DNA from: an uncultured delta proteobacterium
Lineage (GTDB): Bacteria; Desulfobacterota; Desulfobacteria; Desulfobacterales; QNYZ01
Assembly: GCA_963845145.1 (NCBI GenBank)
Contig: CAWJQU010000008.1
Coordinates: 448,001 to 512,000, forward strand
Direction: 5' to 3'
Length of the DNA stretch: 64,000 nucleotides
Below, piece after piece: positions 40,440 through 49,921 of the stretch; the stretch's first letter is position 1, and every line of letters starts with the position of its first letter. A program made the translations under genes and the position numbers. The notes beneath the pieces are model-generated. The model was given only the letters and a program-made list of their open reading frames with translations. It made no database searches and was not told the DNA's origin.

Positions 40440-41223
40440 ATGTCGGATCGTAAACCGTTGATTGCCGGTAACTGGAAAATGTTCAAAACCCAGGATGAGG
40501 CTGCCGAAACCGCCCGGCAGCTGGTTTCCAAAACAGCTGGCGTCGTGGAAGTGGAGGTCATGATTGCCCCACCTTTTACCGCCCTTGCGCATGTAGCCGA
40601 TGTCATCCGGAACAGCCCGGTTGCTCTGGGTGCCCAGAACCTCTACTGGGAAAAAGAGGGTGCTTTTACGGGTGAAATATCGCCATCCATGTTGGTCGCG
40701 GCTGGTTGCCGATACGTCATCATCGGTCACTCGGAACGGCGTCAGTTTTTTAATGAAACCGAATGCAGACGGTTAATAATAAAATCAAATCGGCGTGTCA
40801 GCTATAATTTAATTCCGGTCATGTGCATTGGCGAAACGGAAATCGAGCGTGAAACCGACCAGACGTTTTCTGTTCTTGACAAGCAAGTGAAGATCGGGTT
40901 TAGAGGGATTTTCGGCAGACTCACTGGCTTCACTGGTAATCGCCTATGAACCGGTGTGGGCCATCGGCACGGGTAAGGCGGCTACTGCCGAAATGGCCCA
41001 AGAAGTGCATGCGTTTATCCGGTCGTGGATAGAAAAAAATTTCGGTAATCCACTTGCCAAGGCGATTAGAATCCTGTATGGGGGGAGCGTAAAACCGGAT
41101 AATGTCAATGAATTAATGAACCAGCCCGATCTGGACGGAGCCTTGGTGGGTGGTGCCAGCCTTGACGCGGACACATTCAGTCAGTTAGTTCATTTTCAAA
41201 ACGAGACTTTAAAAAGATGTTAA
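40440..41223 (+). CDS. tpiA: Triosephosphate isomerase (frameshifted)
   Basis: [43 protein letters not shown]. Confidence 0.96.
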
Positions 41224-41248
41224 CTTTTATTCAAGTTCAAGGATAATC

Positions 41249-41594
41249 ATGTCGATCATACTAATTATACTTCATGTCGTTGTTTGCATCGCCCTCATCA
41301 TGATCGTCTTATTGCAGACGGGTAAGGGTGCCGATATGGGCGCCGCCTTTGGGGGGGGGTCCAGCCAGACCTTATTCGGCTACACGGGGGCGTCAACTTT
41401 TTTAAGTAAAGCAACTACGGTCGCAGCGGTTGTGTTTATGATGACCTCCCTTACGCTGGCCTATATTTCAAGTCATCGGACGCCCGGTTCTGTGATGACC
41501 GGACGCAAAATACCAGCCACTGAGACAGTCATCACCGGCCGAACCTGAAAAGGCCACTGATACGACCGCCGCAACCGCCGACGAATGCCTCTGA
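41249..41594 (+). CDS. secG: Preprotein translocase subunit SecG (C-terminus possibly frameshifted)
   Basis: VLLQTGKGADMGAAFGGGSSQTLFG; tpiA-secG-tRNA-Leu synteny. Confidence 0.93.
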
Positions 41595-41623
41595 TGAGAA
41601 AAAAAATGAATAGACCGTTTGAT

Positions 41624-41710
41624 GCCGAAGTGGTGGAACTTGGTAGACACGCTATCTTGAGGGGGTAGTGACCTACGGTCGTGCCGGTTCAAGTCCGGCC
41701 TTCGGCACCA
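41624..41710 (+). tRNA. tRNA-Leu (anticodon GAG)
   Basis: GCCGAAG/CTTCGGC acceptor stem, CTATC-TTGAGGG-GGTAG anticodon arm, long variable arm, GGTTCAAGTCC, encoded CCA. Confidence 0.97.
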
Positions 41711-41720
41711 ATATCATATC

Positions 41721-41764
41721 AGGCCTTTACGTGAGATTAGATCTTATTGCGTAAAGGCCTTTTT
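41721..41764 (+). terminator. Intrinsic terminator after tRNA-Leu
   Basis: AGGCCTTTACG...CGTAAAGGCCT followed by TTTT. Confidence 0.8.
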
Positions 41765-41888
41765 AATTTTACAATACAAATTAATTTTAAGCCGACGATG
41801 CTGTTGATGACTTTTGATTGGATAGAGTTAAGTTTTCGACATCGGCCATGTGGGGCCATCGAAAAATAGGGAAGCTATGATAAAATCA

Positions 41889-43436
41889 ATGAATATCGCC
41901 TGGTGGGTAAAACGGTGGAGCGAGCTTCATCCTAAAAAAATCGCCATTATTTTCGAAAGCGAACAAATCAGTTACGGAGATCTTCACCAACGGGTCAGCC
42001 GTACTTGTAGTTGGCTCCAGTCAATCGGAATTGAAAAAGGTGACCGGGTTGCAGTAATGCTAAGTAACTGCCCCGAGTTTCTCGAACTTTATTTGGCCAG
42101 CTCTCGGTTGGGAGCCCTTTTTGTGCCGGTAAATTATCGATTAGCCGCCCCCGAACTCGACTATATCCTTACGAATTCACGTCCCAGACTTTTTGTTTTC
42201 GGTAACGAATTTTCAGACACCGTCCTGCGCCTAAAGCTCCTAACCGGTCGTCACCAAATGCTATTGGCAAGTATTCCCAAATGTTTAGAATCCGCTGATG
42301 TGGTCGATTATCGAGTCGACACGGTCCACAGTGAACAGCCTTCATATTTTTTAACTGAATCTATGCTGCCTACCAGTCCGGAAGAACCCCATGTGATTAT
42401 GTATACTTCCGGGACCACAGGAAGACCGAAAGGCGCAGTCCTCTCTCATCGTAAAACGTTTTTTAATTGTCTGAATGCCGATATATTTTTTAAGCTTAAT
42501 TTTGATGATGTGATGCTAATTGTTTTACCTCTTTTTCATTCCGGTGGGTTATTTATTCAAGCCTCACCCGTTTTCTACAAAGGTGGTACTCTGGTTCTTC
42601 ATCCAAAATTCGACCCTGTTCGAACCTATGAAGATATCGATAAATATCAGGTGACCAAATTTTTAGGGGTCCCCACGGTGTATAAGTCACTCCTTCAAGT
42701 GAGCACTGACAAAAGGACAACCAACACTTCTTTGGTTGTCAGTGCTATTGGTGGGGAAAAGTTAACCCCCGAACTTATGGAGCAATTTAAAGACGCCGGG
42801 TTTAATTTACGCCAAATCATGGGGCAGACAGAAACATCGATCCTCTTATGGGCCCATGAGAAAGATGCTAACCGTAAACCCGGCTCGGTGGGACGCCCCG
42901 TTTTCCATGCAGATGTCAGAATTGTCGATATAAAGGGCAACCAGTGCCTTCCAGAACAAGTGGGTGAAATCGTCGTCCGCGGGTCGATCATGATGTCCGA
43001 GTATTGGCAGGATCCGGCTAAGACGGAAAAGACCATTCGTGGAGAGTGGCTGTACACAGGAGATCTGGCCCACAAGGATGAAGACGGCTATTTTTATTTA
43101 GTGGATCGGAAAAAGGATATGTACATTTCCGGGGGTGAAAATGTCTATCCCGCTGAAGTAGAAAGGGTGTTACGAAGCCATCCGTCTATAGAAGAGGTTG
43201 CTGTCATTGGCGAGGATGATTCAAAATGGGGTGAGAGTGGGTGTGCCTTCGTCATCCCCAAATCCGGCCAGAACCCGACACCCGATGAAGTAATCAATTT
43301 CTGTGAAGGACGGTTGAGCCGATATAAATGGCCCAAACGCGTGATATTTTTGACCCAATTTCCACAAACCGCCTTAGGGAAGACTCGTAAAACAAAGCTA
43401 AAGCAGGACCACCTAATAAAAGTCCAAACAGGTTAA
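41889..43436 (+). CDS. AMP-dependent acyl-CoA synthetase (FadD/MenE-like)
   Basis: YTSGTTGRPKG, GQTET, TGDLA, DRKKDMYISGGENVYPAEVE, C-terminal GK; intact ORF. Confidence 0.92.
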   Translation: MNIAWWVKRWSELHPKKIAIIFESEQISYGDLHQRVSRTCSWLQSIGIEKGDRVAVMLSNCPEFLELYLASSRLGALFVPVNYRLAAPELDYILTNSRPRLFVFGNEFSDTVLRLKLLTGRHQMLLASIPKCLESADVVDYRVDTVHSEQPSYFLTESMLPTSPEEPHVIMYTSGTTGRPKGAVLSHRKTFFNCLNADIFFKLNFDDVMLIVLPLFHSGGLFIQASPVFYKGGTLVLHPKFDPVRTYEDIDKYQVTKFLGVPTVYKSLLQVSTDKRTTNTSLVVSAIGGEKLTPELMEQFKDAGFNLRQIMGQTETSILLWAHEKDANRKPGSVGRPVFHADVRIVDIKGNQCLPEQVGEIVVRGSIMMSEYWQDPAKTEKTIRGEWLYTGDLAHKDEDGYFYLVDRKKDMYISGGENVYPAEVERVLRSHPSIEEVAVIGEDDSKWGESGCAFVIPKSGQNPTPDEVINFCEGRLSRYKWPKRVIFLTQFPQTALGKTRKTKLKQDHLIKVQTG

Positions 43437-43455
43437 CGCTTCAAACTATAATCTA

Positions 43456-44142
43456 ATGGTCCATCAAATGAATCATAAAATTAAAAAACCAAAAGAGATG
43501 GTGGTTCGAGAAGAAATAATAGCCACTTGTATAAAAATGACCCGCCTCGGAATCAATCAGGGAACATCGGGAAACGTCAGCAAGAGATGGCAAGAGGGAA
43601 TGCTGATCACCCCTTCGGGTCTTCCCTATGAAGATATGTCGCCGGACGACATCGTTTATGTAGCGTTTAATCAAAACAAAACCAGCGGGGCCGGCAAACC
43701 ATCCAGCGAATGGCTGTTCCACAGGGATATCCTGGCCGGGCGCAAAGACATCCAGGCTGTTATTCATACGCATTCGAATTACGCAACGGCTATGGCTATT
43801 CAGCGGATGAATATACCGGCGCATCACTATATGGTTGCAGCCGGCGGCGGCAAAAGGATTCGTTGTGCCGACTATGCCACTTTTGGAACCCAGGAACTGT
43901 CAAACAACGCGCTTAAGGCCCTTGAAAACCAAATGGCTTGTCTTTTAGCCAACCATGGTGTGATAGCCTTGGGGCATACCTTATCCAAAGCCCTCTGGCT
44001 GGCCAATGAAATTGAGACCCTGGCAAAGCAATACTTTATCGCCAGCCAGTACGGAAAACCCCTGCTTCTTCCTGATGATGAGATGGATCGGGTATTGGAG
44101 GCGTTCAAAACCTATGGCCCTGAAAAAGGCAGCAAATCTTGA
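43456..44142 (+). CDS. Class II aldolase (FucA/Ald2-like)
   Basis: GTSGNVS, ITPSG, PSSEW..H, HTHS, LLANHG; intact ORF. Confidence 0.9.
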   Translation: MVHQMNHKIKKPKEMVVREEIIATCIKMTRLGINQGTSGNVSKRWQEGMLITPSGLPYEDMSPDDIVYVAFNQNKTSGAGKPSSEWLFHRDILAGRKDIQAVIHTHSNYATAMAIQRMNIPAHHYMVAAGGGKRIRCADYATFGTQELSNNALKALENQMACLLANHGVIALGHTLSKALWLANEIETLAKQYFIASQYGKPLLLPDDEMDRVLEAFKTYGPEKGSKS

Positions 44143-44224
44143 GCGACATTATAACCGTTCTGTGACCAAATTTTTGTGGGAACGATGTTTTAATAGAGCT
44201 CAATGGAGGTCAAAGGGTCTGAGA

Positions 44225-45247
44225 TCATACCTGATAATATCTCCGATACCATTGAATAAATTTTTCAATACCGTCTTCCAGGCGGGTTGCCGGTTTGAAT
44301 CCGACATCTTGAACCAGAGCGTCAACATCGGCATAGGTCGCCGGGACGTCACCCGGCTGCATTGGTAAAAGTTCCTTTATAGCCTTTTTTCCCAGCGCCT
44401 TTTCAATGGCAGCGATGAAATCGGTTAAGCGAACGGGCTGGTTGTTTCCAATATTGTAAATCCGATACCGCGTATAAGAGCTGCCCGGATCTGGCGCATC
44501 GCCATTCCAGTCAACATTCGGTTCAGGTCGATTTTCCATGATTCTTACGACGCCTTCAACGATATCATCGATATAGGTAAAATCCCGTTGCATCTTGCCA
44601 TAATTGAATACCTGAATCGGTTCGTCGGCAAGGATGGCCTTGGCAAAGAGGAAAAGGGCCATATCGGGACGCCCCCAGGGACCGTACACTGTAAAAAAAC
44701 GAAGGCCGGTGCAGGGAAGATCGTATAGATGGCTGTACGAGTGTGCCATCAATTCATTGGCTTTTTTCGAAGCCGCATATAGGGAGACGGGGTGATCGAC
44801 ATTGTGATGGACGGAAAAAGGCATAAATGTATTGGCACCATACACCGAACTGGATGAGGCAAAAACAAGATGTTTGACGTTTGAATGCCGGCAACCCTCT
44901 AAAATGTTGATAAAACCGACCAGGTTGGATGACACATAGGCATGGGGGTTGGTCAGTGAATAACGGACGCCCGCCTGAGCAGCCAGGTTCACAACAACAT
45001 CAAACGATTGTTTTTCAAAAAGTGTTTCCATCCCTTCCCGATCGGAAAGATCCAGCGGGTGAAATGTAAATCCGTTTTCGGCCATCAACAATTTCAGACG
45101 CGCCTTTTTTAGGTTGACATCGTAATAATCATTCAGGTTGTCCAGGCCAAACACCTGAAATCCGTCTAAAAGCAATCGCCGGGATAGATGGAAGCCAATA
45201 AATCCTGCGGCGCCGGTGACCAATGCTGTTTTATATTCCATTTTCAT
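44225..45247 (-). CDS. NAD-dependent epimerase, UDP-glucuronate 4-epimerase type
   Basis: [46 protein letters not shown]. Confidence 0.92.
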   Translation of the reverse strand: MKMEYKTALVTGAAGFIGFHLSRRLLLDGFQVFGLDNLNDYYDVNLKKARLKLLMAENGFTFHPLDLSDREGMETLFEKQSFDVVVNLAAQAGVRYSLTNPHAYVSSNLVGFINILEGCRHSNVKHLVFASSSSVYGANTFMPFSVHHNVDHPVSLYAASKKANELMAHSYSHLYDLPCTGLRFFTVYGPWGRPDMALFLFAKAILADEPIQVFNYGKMQRDFTYIDDIVEGVVRIMENRPEPNVDWNGDAPDPGSSYTRYRIYNIGNNQPVRLTDFIAAIEKALGKKAIKELLPMQPGDVPATYADVDALVQDVGFKPATRLEDGIEKFIQWYRRYYQV

Positions 45248-45250
45248 CGA

Positions 45251-46216
45251 TTATACCTTTTTTCCATCTGGTTTTTCCATCTGGTTATACCAAGCAAGGG
45301 TTGCTTCAAGACCTTTCTTGAAACCAAATTGCGGTTTAAAGCCGATGATATTCTGAGTCCGCTGAATATCGGCCAGAGACATTTCGATATCCCCCTTTCG
45401 GGATGTTTCATGTACCGGATCAAGCGCGATTCCCGATAGATCGTTGACCATTCCCCACAATTCATTGATTGTGATGCTGTGTCCGGTTCCCACATTGAAT
45501 GCAGATCCATCGGCTATATCGGCCATCGCAGCCTTAATATTAGCAGCAACCACATCATGAACAAAAATAAAATCCCTGGACTGGTTGCCGTCACCATATA
45601 TCGTGGGCGCTTGGTTCTGAACCGCCCTGTCCATGAAGATCGAAATGACCCCCGAATAAGGCGAAGAGGGGTCCTGCCTGGGGCCAAATACATTGAAATA
45701 CCGTAGACAAATCGACTCAAGCCCATACAATTCGTAATAAAGCTTGGCGTGCATTTCACCGACACTCTTTTGGAGTGCATAAGGACTTTTCGGCTGGTGC
45801 ATCAGCTCTTCATGTTTGGGCTGAACCGGGTCGTCACCATAAACCGCGCAGGAACTCGCCAGAACAACCCTTGATACGCCCAGCGTTCGTGCGGTATCAA
45901 GAACGGTCAATGTCCCTGAAATGTTTACCTTAGCGGACGCTATGGGGTCTTCAACCGTTTGGGGTACGGATACTACCGCCGCCTGGTGAAAAATTACATC
46001 GCAATCACAAGCGGCTTTCTCCATAGCTTTCTTGTCACAAATGTCTCCCTTAATAAAATCGATATTAGACCATGCCTTTTCCAAATTATGACGATGACCC
46101 GTGGATAGGTTATCAAGAACGGTTACACGTGTCCCATTTACCAGCAAGGCATCGACAAGGTGTGACCCAATAAAGCCGGCGCCACCTGTCACAAGTGCTT
46201 TTTTTATTTTTTTCAA
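45251..46216 (-). CDS. Extended SDR NDP-sugar 4-epimerase (UDP-Glc/GlcNAc type)
   Basis: GGAGFIGSH, SPYALQK, RYFNVFGPRQDPSSPYSGVI. Confidence 0.9.
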   Translation of the reverse strand: MKKIKKALVTGGAGFIGSHLVDALLVNGTRVTVLDNLSTGHRHNLEKAWSNIDFIKGDICDKKAMEKAACDCDVIFHQAAVVSVPQTVEDPIASAKVNISGTLTVLDTARTLGVSRVVLASSCAVYGDDPVQPKHEELMHQPKSPYALQKSVGEMHAKLYYELYGLESICLRYFNVFGPRQDPSSPYSGVISIFMDRAVQNQAPTIYGDGNQSRDFIFVHDVVAANIKAAMADIADGSAFNVGTGHSITINELWGMVNDLSGIALDPVHETSRKGDIEMSLADIQRTQNIIGFKPQFGFKKGLEATLAWYNQMEKPDGKKV

Positions 46217-46260
46217 CCGCTGGCTCCTCTGTATTGCGATTCCATAAATACAGTGCCCAA

Positions 46261-46310
46261 ATTAGATGTATTGGATTAGATACTTTGGATTAGATACCCT
46301 GGGCTAGATT
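46261..46310 (+). repeat. 14-bp tandem direct repeat (3 copies plus a partial one)
   Basis: ATTAGATGTATTGG / ATTAGATACTTTGG / ATTAGATACCCTGG / GCTAGATT. Confidence 0.85.
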
Positions 46311-46337
46311 GACTTTTAGGACACAAATATTTAAATT
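46309..46337 (+). promoter_or_regulatory. Candidate sigma-70 promoter of the MoaD/ThiS gene
   Basis: TTGACT-N17-TAAATT, ending 56 bp before the ATG at 46393. Confidence 0.55.
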
Positions 46338-46392
46338 TAATAATCAATATAGACCTTGGCAAACTTTAGGGCAAATAAAGAATAGCTCCGAC

Positions 46393-46650
46393 ATGGCAAA
46401 TTCAAAAAAAACAGAAAAATCTATTCATATTGTCATTAAATTATTTGCAACCCTATCGAAATATCTTCCCCCCGATTCGGATCATTACAGGGTATCTGCC
46501 GGCATGACCGCCGGTGACCTGACCACACACCTGAACCTCCCAAAAGATCAATTGAAGCTGATTTTTATTAATGGATGCAAACGATCGTTTAACACCGTCT
46601 TGCATGATCAAGACCGCATCGGTATATTCCCCCCGGTCGGTGGGGGTTAA
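46393..46650 (+). CDS. MoaD/ThiS family ubiquitin-like sulfur carrier
   Basis: IKLFATLSKY, LIFING, C-terminal IFPPVGGG. Confidence 0.9.
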   Translation: MANSKKTEKSIHIVIKLFATLSKYLPPDSDHYRVSAGMTAGDLTTHLNLPKDQLKLIFINGCKRSFNTVLHDQDRIGIFPPVGGG

Positions 46651-46715
46651 GGTTGAAGATGACTAAATAGAAAAATCCAATCGATAGCCAAGCCCAAAAA
46701 CAATTAGAGATGGAA

Positions 46716-48027
46716 CTAATCTGGCGGTTCAATCCGCTTTAATATGAATTTTACCGTCGTACCTTGCCCTAAAGTACTGTGAACATCAAGCCGGCTATTA
46801 TATCCCTCAAGCATATTATGGACAATGGATAACCCCAGGCCAGTCCCACGGGGTTTATTGGAGTAAAAGGGCAAAAATATTCGCTGTAAATTCTCAGGTT
46901 TGATGCCAATTCCATTATCGATAATATCAACAAGGATATGATCATACTGTAAAACGGTTCGAATGATAATGCGACCATTTTCATTCACCGCTTCAGCGGC
47001 ATTTAACAATAGATTCCACAATATCTGACGAAGATGAACCGGGTCCATCTCGACCCATGCGCCGGGCGTTAAATCGGGTTGTATTATTATGTCATGATGC
47101 CCACCATCTTTTGTCAATAGCTCCAATGTTTCTTCGATTTCACGGTTCACATCTACCGGTTTAAGGTGACCGCCCGGCGATTTTGCAAAAAGCAAAAAAT
47201 TATTGACCAGTTTGCTGAGTCGCTTGGCTTCTCGCGTGACGATTCGCATTAATTTTTCCTGATCCGGATCTCCATCGAATCCATCCCTCAACATTTGGAT
47301 GGAACCGGTCATCGAAGCCAGTGGATTTTTGATCTCATGAGCCAAGCCGGCTGCCATCTCCCCCAATGAAGCCAGTTTATCCAATCGGGTGACATGGTCT
47401 TTCATGGCCCGCAATTCACTTCTCGCTTTTCGAGTCTGCTCAATCAAATAGCTGCTAAGCAGAGAAACAACAAAGCAGGCGACAATAACCAGAAGTGTTT
47501 TATAAGTGACGTAGCTCCAAGGGTAGCTGCGGCGGAATGGGCCCAATCGGGTATAAAGGGTGGAATGATTCTGAAATATTCCAGCCCAATCAAAATAGCA
47601 TACTGAATACATGCCAATCCCGAGATAATCAAAGTATCACGCTTATGGAGAAACACGCTTGAATATAATGGGTAGCGATGGATACAGAAATGAATAAAAA
47701 CTGGCAAACCCACCAGAAAGTAGACTAATATTGTTATGATCAGTGTATCTAGTCCGATCTGAATAGATGCGAACCTGACATGATTTTTTACCCGGAGAAA
47801 TGACCGCGATATAGGCAAGTGAACAAACACAAATAAAGATCGATAGCCCATAAAAATTAGAGATGGGTGATCCCGGAAGTCCTATGCAAGATCTTTTAGA
47901 TGAACAACAAAGGTAGAACCAAGCAGCAATAAAGCAAAAGCTAACCCGAAACAGCATCAGCCGTTTAAGCTTTAATGCTATAGGCTTCATTCGGCACCAA
48001 ACTGGTCCCGAGGTTCTCTCGTGCCAT
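46716..48027 (-). CDS. pilS: PilS-like membrane sensor histidine kinase (N-terminal half frameshifted)
   Basis: LKRLMLFRV and QIGLDTLIIT..V TM region, LAHEIKNPL H-box, QILWNLLLNA, DNGIG, GTGLGL; downstream of pilC. Confidence 0.75.
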
Positions 48028-48102
48028 AGTAGGTAGTGACATTTCCAATGTTTGCAAAATAGATCAACAACTCGGTATAGAAGATTTTTGCTCTGTAAAT
48101 GT

Positions 48103-49308
48103 TTAAAAAAGGCTGGCCATTTTAAAAATTGGCAGGTACATGGAGACAACAATACCGCCTATCATAACCCCAAGAATAACAATCATCATTGGTTCAATAA
48201 GGGTCGTAAGATTATCGACAGCCTGGTCAACCTCATCATCATAAAAATCGGCAATTTTTCCCATCATCGCATCCAAAGCACCCGTGGATTCACCAACAGC
48301 CGTCATTTGCGACACCATGGGGGGGAAAACGCCGCTTTCAGCCATGGGATCTGCCATGGGTTGCCCGCCTACAATGGCGCTTCGAATGCTATAGACAGCA
48401 TTTTCAACCTTTCTGTTTCCTGCCGTCTTCGCCACGATGTCAATGCATCAAGAATTGAAACACCGCTGGAAAGCATCGTTCCCATGGTTCGGGTAAATTT
48501 TGCTATGGCCGCTTTTCGAGCCAGAATGCCAAGTACTGGAAGCCTAAGTAAGATGCTATCAATGGCCAATCGTCCTTTTTCTGTACGATAAAACCAGGTA
48601 AAGGCAATGACAAAAAGAATAATGGCGCCCAAAATCAATAAATATTTGCTTCTCACAAAATTACTGATTGCGATTGTTATAGCTGTTGGAACGGTAAACC
48701 ACCCCCCAGACTCCGAAAATAATTGCTTCAAAGGTTGGAATAACAAAAACTAAAATAACCGCCAAAATAATCACGGAAACGGCTAATGTCAGGACCGGGT
48801 AGGTCATGGCCCCTTTTACTTTCGCTACCAATCGCGCCATCTTTTCCATATATGCTGCCAAACGTCTCAGAATCACATCAAGGATACCACCCGCTTCACC
48901 GGCAGCCACCATATGGACAAATAAATCATTAAAATGTCTGGGGTATTTCTTGAATGCCTCAGCCAGCGTGGAGCCTCCCTCCACCGATTCCTTAATTTCC
49001 TTGATCATCTTTTTAAAGGTCTTGTTATCCTGCTGTGCTTGCAGGATATCGAGGCATTGAATCAAAGGCAGACCGGCGTCAATCATGGTTGAAAACTGGC
49101 GGGCAAAGACAATAACGTCTTTTGTGCGGACTTTGGGTTGAAGAAAAGATACATTTTCAAATAAATCTTTGGGTTTTTTCTTTACCCGCTGCGGGGTAAT
49201 CCGCATGCGAAGCAGCCTGGATCGAACGATGCTCGCATCGGTCGCTTCCATCTCTCCCTTTTGTTCTTTGCCGGTACCGCTTTTGCCTACCCATAAATAA
49301 ACGGGCAT
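48103..49308 (-). CDS. pilC: Type IV pilus platform protein PilC (T2SS F family; 3 fragments)
   Basis: FARQFSTMIDAGLPL, AGEAGGILD, GAMTYP, VGESTGALD, EP, MYLPIF; AAGGAGG RBS. Confidence 0.93.
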
Positions 49309-49486
49309 GTATGCCTCCTTTGGATGATATATTCGAAAATTATCTGGCCAGAGTGAATTCCTAACAACTGGAAAAAGTCATAGAAACCATCCGATGGATA
49401 TGGTTTTGTTTCATATCAACTGTAAAACTGCAACAGGTAGCTGTCATAGTAAAAACCGCTGTCGAATTAACAATTGTATATTCTTA

Positions 49487-49502
49487 TGCAAGCTGTATAC
49501 CA
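49487..49502 (-). promoter_or_regulatory. Candidate sigma-54 (-24/-12) promoter for pilC-pilS
   Basis: Minus strand TGGTATACAGCTTGCA: GG-N10-GC, close to the TGGCAC-N5-TTGCA consensus, about 180 bp upstream of pilC. Confidence 0.6.
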
Positions 49503-49921
49503 CCCACCACAAATCAAGGTTAGATAACGAATCGTTTGTTGAGCCGTCATTTTACCCGCTAAACGATAAATACATGGAAATCTAGTAGCGGTCACTCTTA
49601 GGTATTACGAGCGCAACCAGGTAATTTGAATGGCAAATTTTGTAATTGTATTGTTACATATCATCGAAAAATAGTAATTCGAATTATTTAGCCCTTTTCG
49701 AGTAGAGCCGTCACATCTGTTTTGGGTATTTTCTCTTTACTCGAAACGTTTTAATTTATCAAGATATTAGACAATAATTGCATCCTCCTGTCAATCACCA
49801 CCAAGCATAGTATCATACAATTCCATCCATTCGCGGTCCTGCTTGAAAATCACATCTCAATATGTAACGATAACCGTATGTGTGCCAGACCATCAACCCG
49901 ACCAGCCTGATCATCCCAAAA

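Noticed and set aside
46261..46310. Possible mini CRISPR array
   Set aside because: 14-bp units with no spacers and no cas genes.
47990..48000. TTCGGCACCAA identical to the tRNA-Leu 3' end (possible attR of a 6-kb island)
   Set aside because: Only 11 bp, lies inside the pilS coding region, and no integrase is present; compatible with chance.
49310..49480. Possible c-di-GMP/cGAMP riboswitch in the pilC leader
   Set aside because: Only a simple hairpin (AAACCAT...ATGGTTT) is visible; I could not find the GEMM-I conserved elements. An Rfam scan would settle it.
49696..49746. Inverted repeat TTTCGAGTAGAG...CTTTACTCGAAA (possible MITE or sRNA)
   Set aside because: Single copy, long loop, no target-site duplication or second copy seen in the window.
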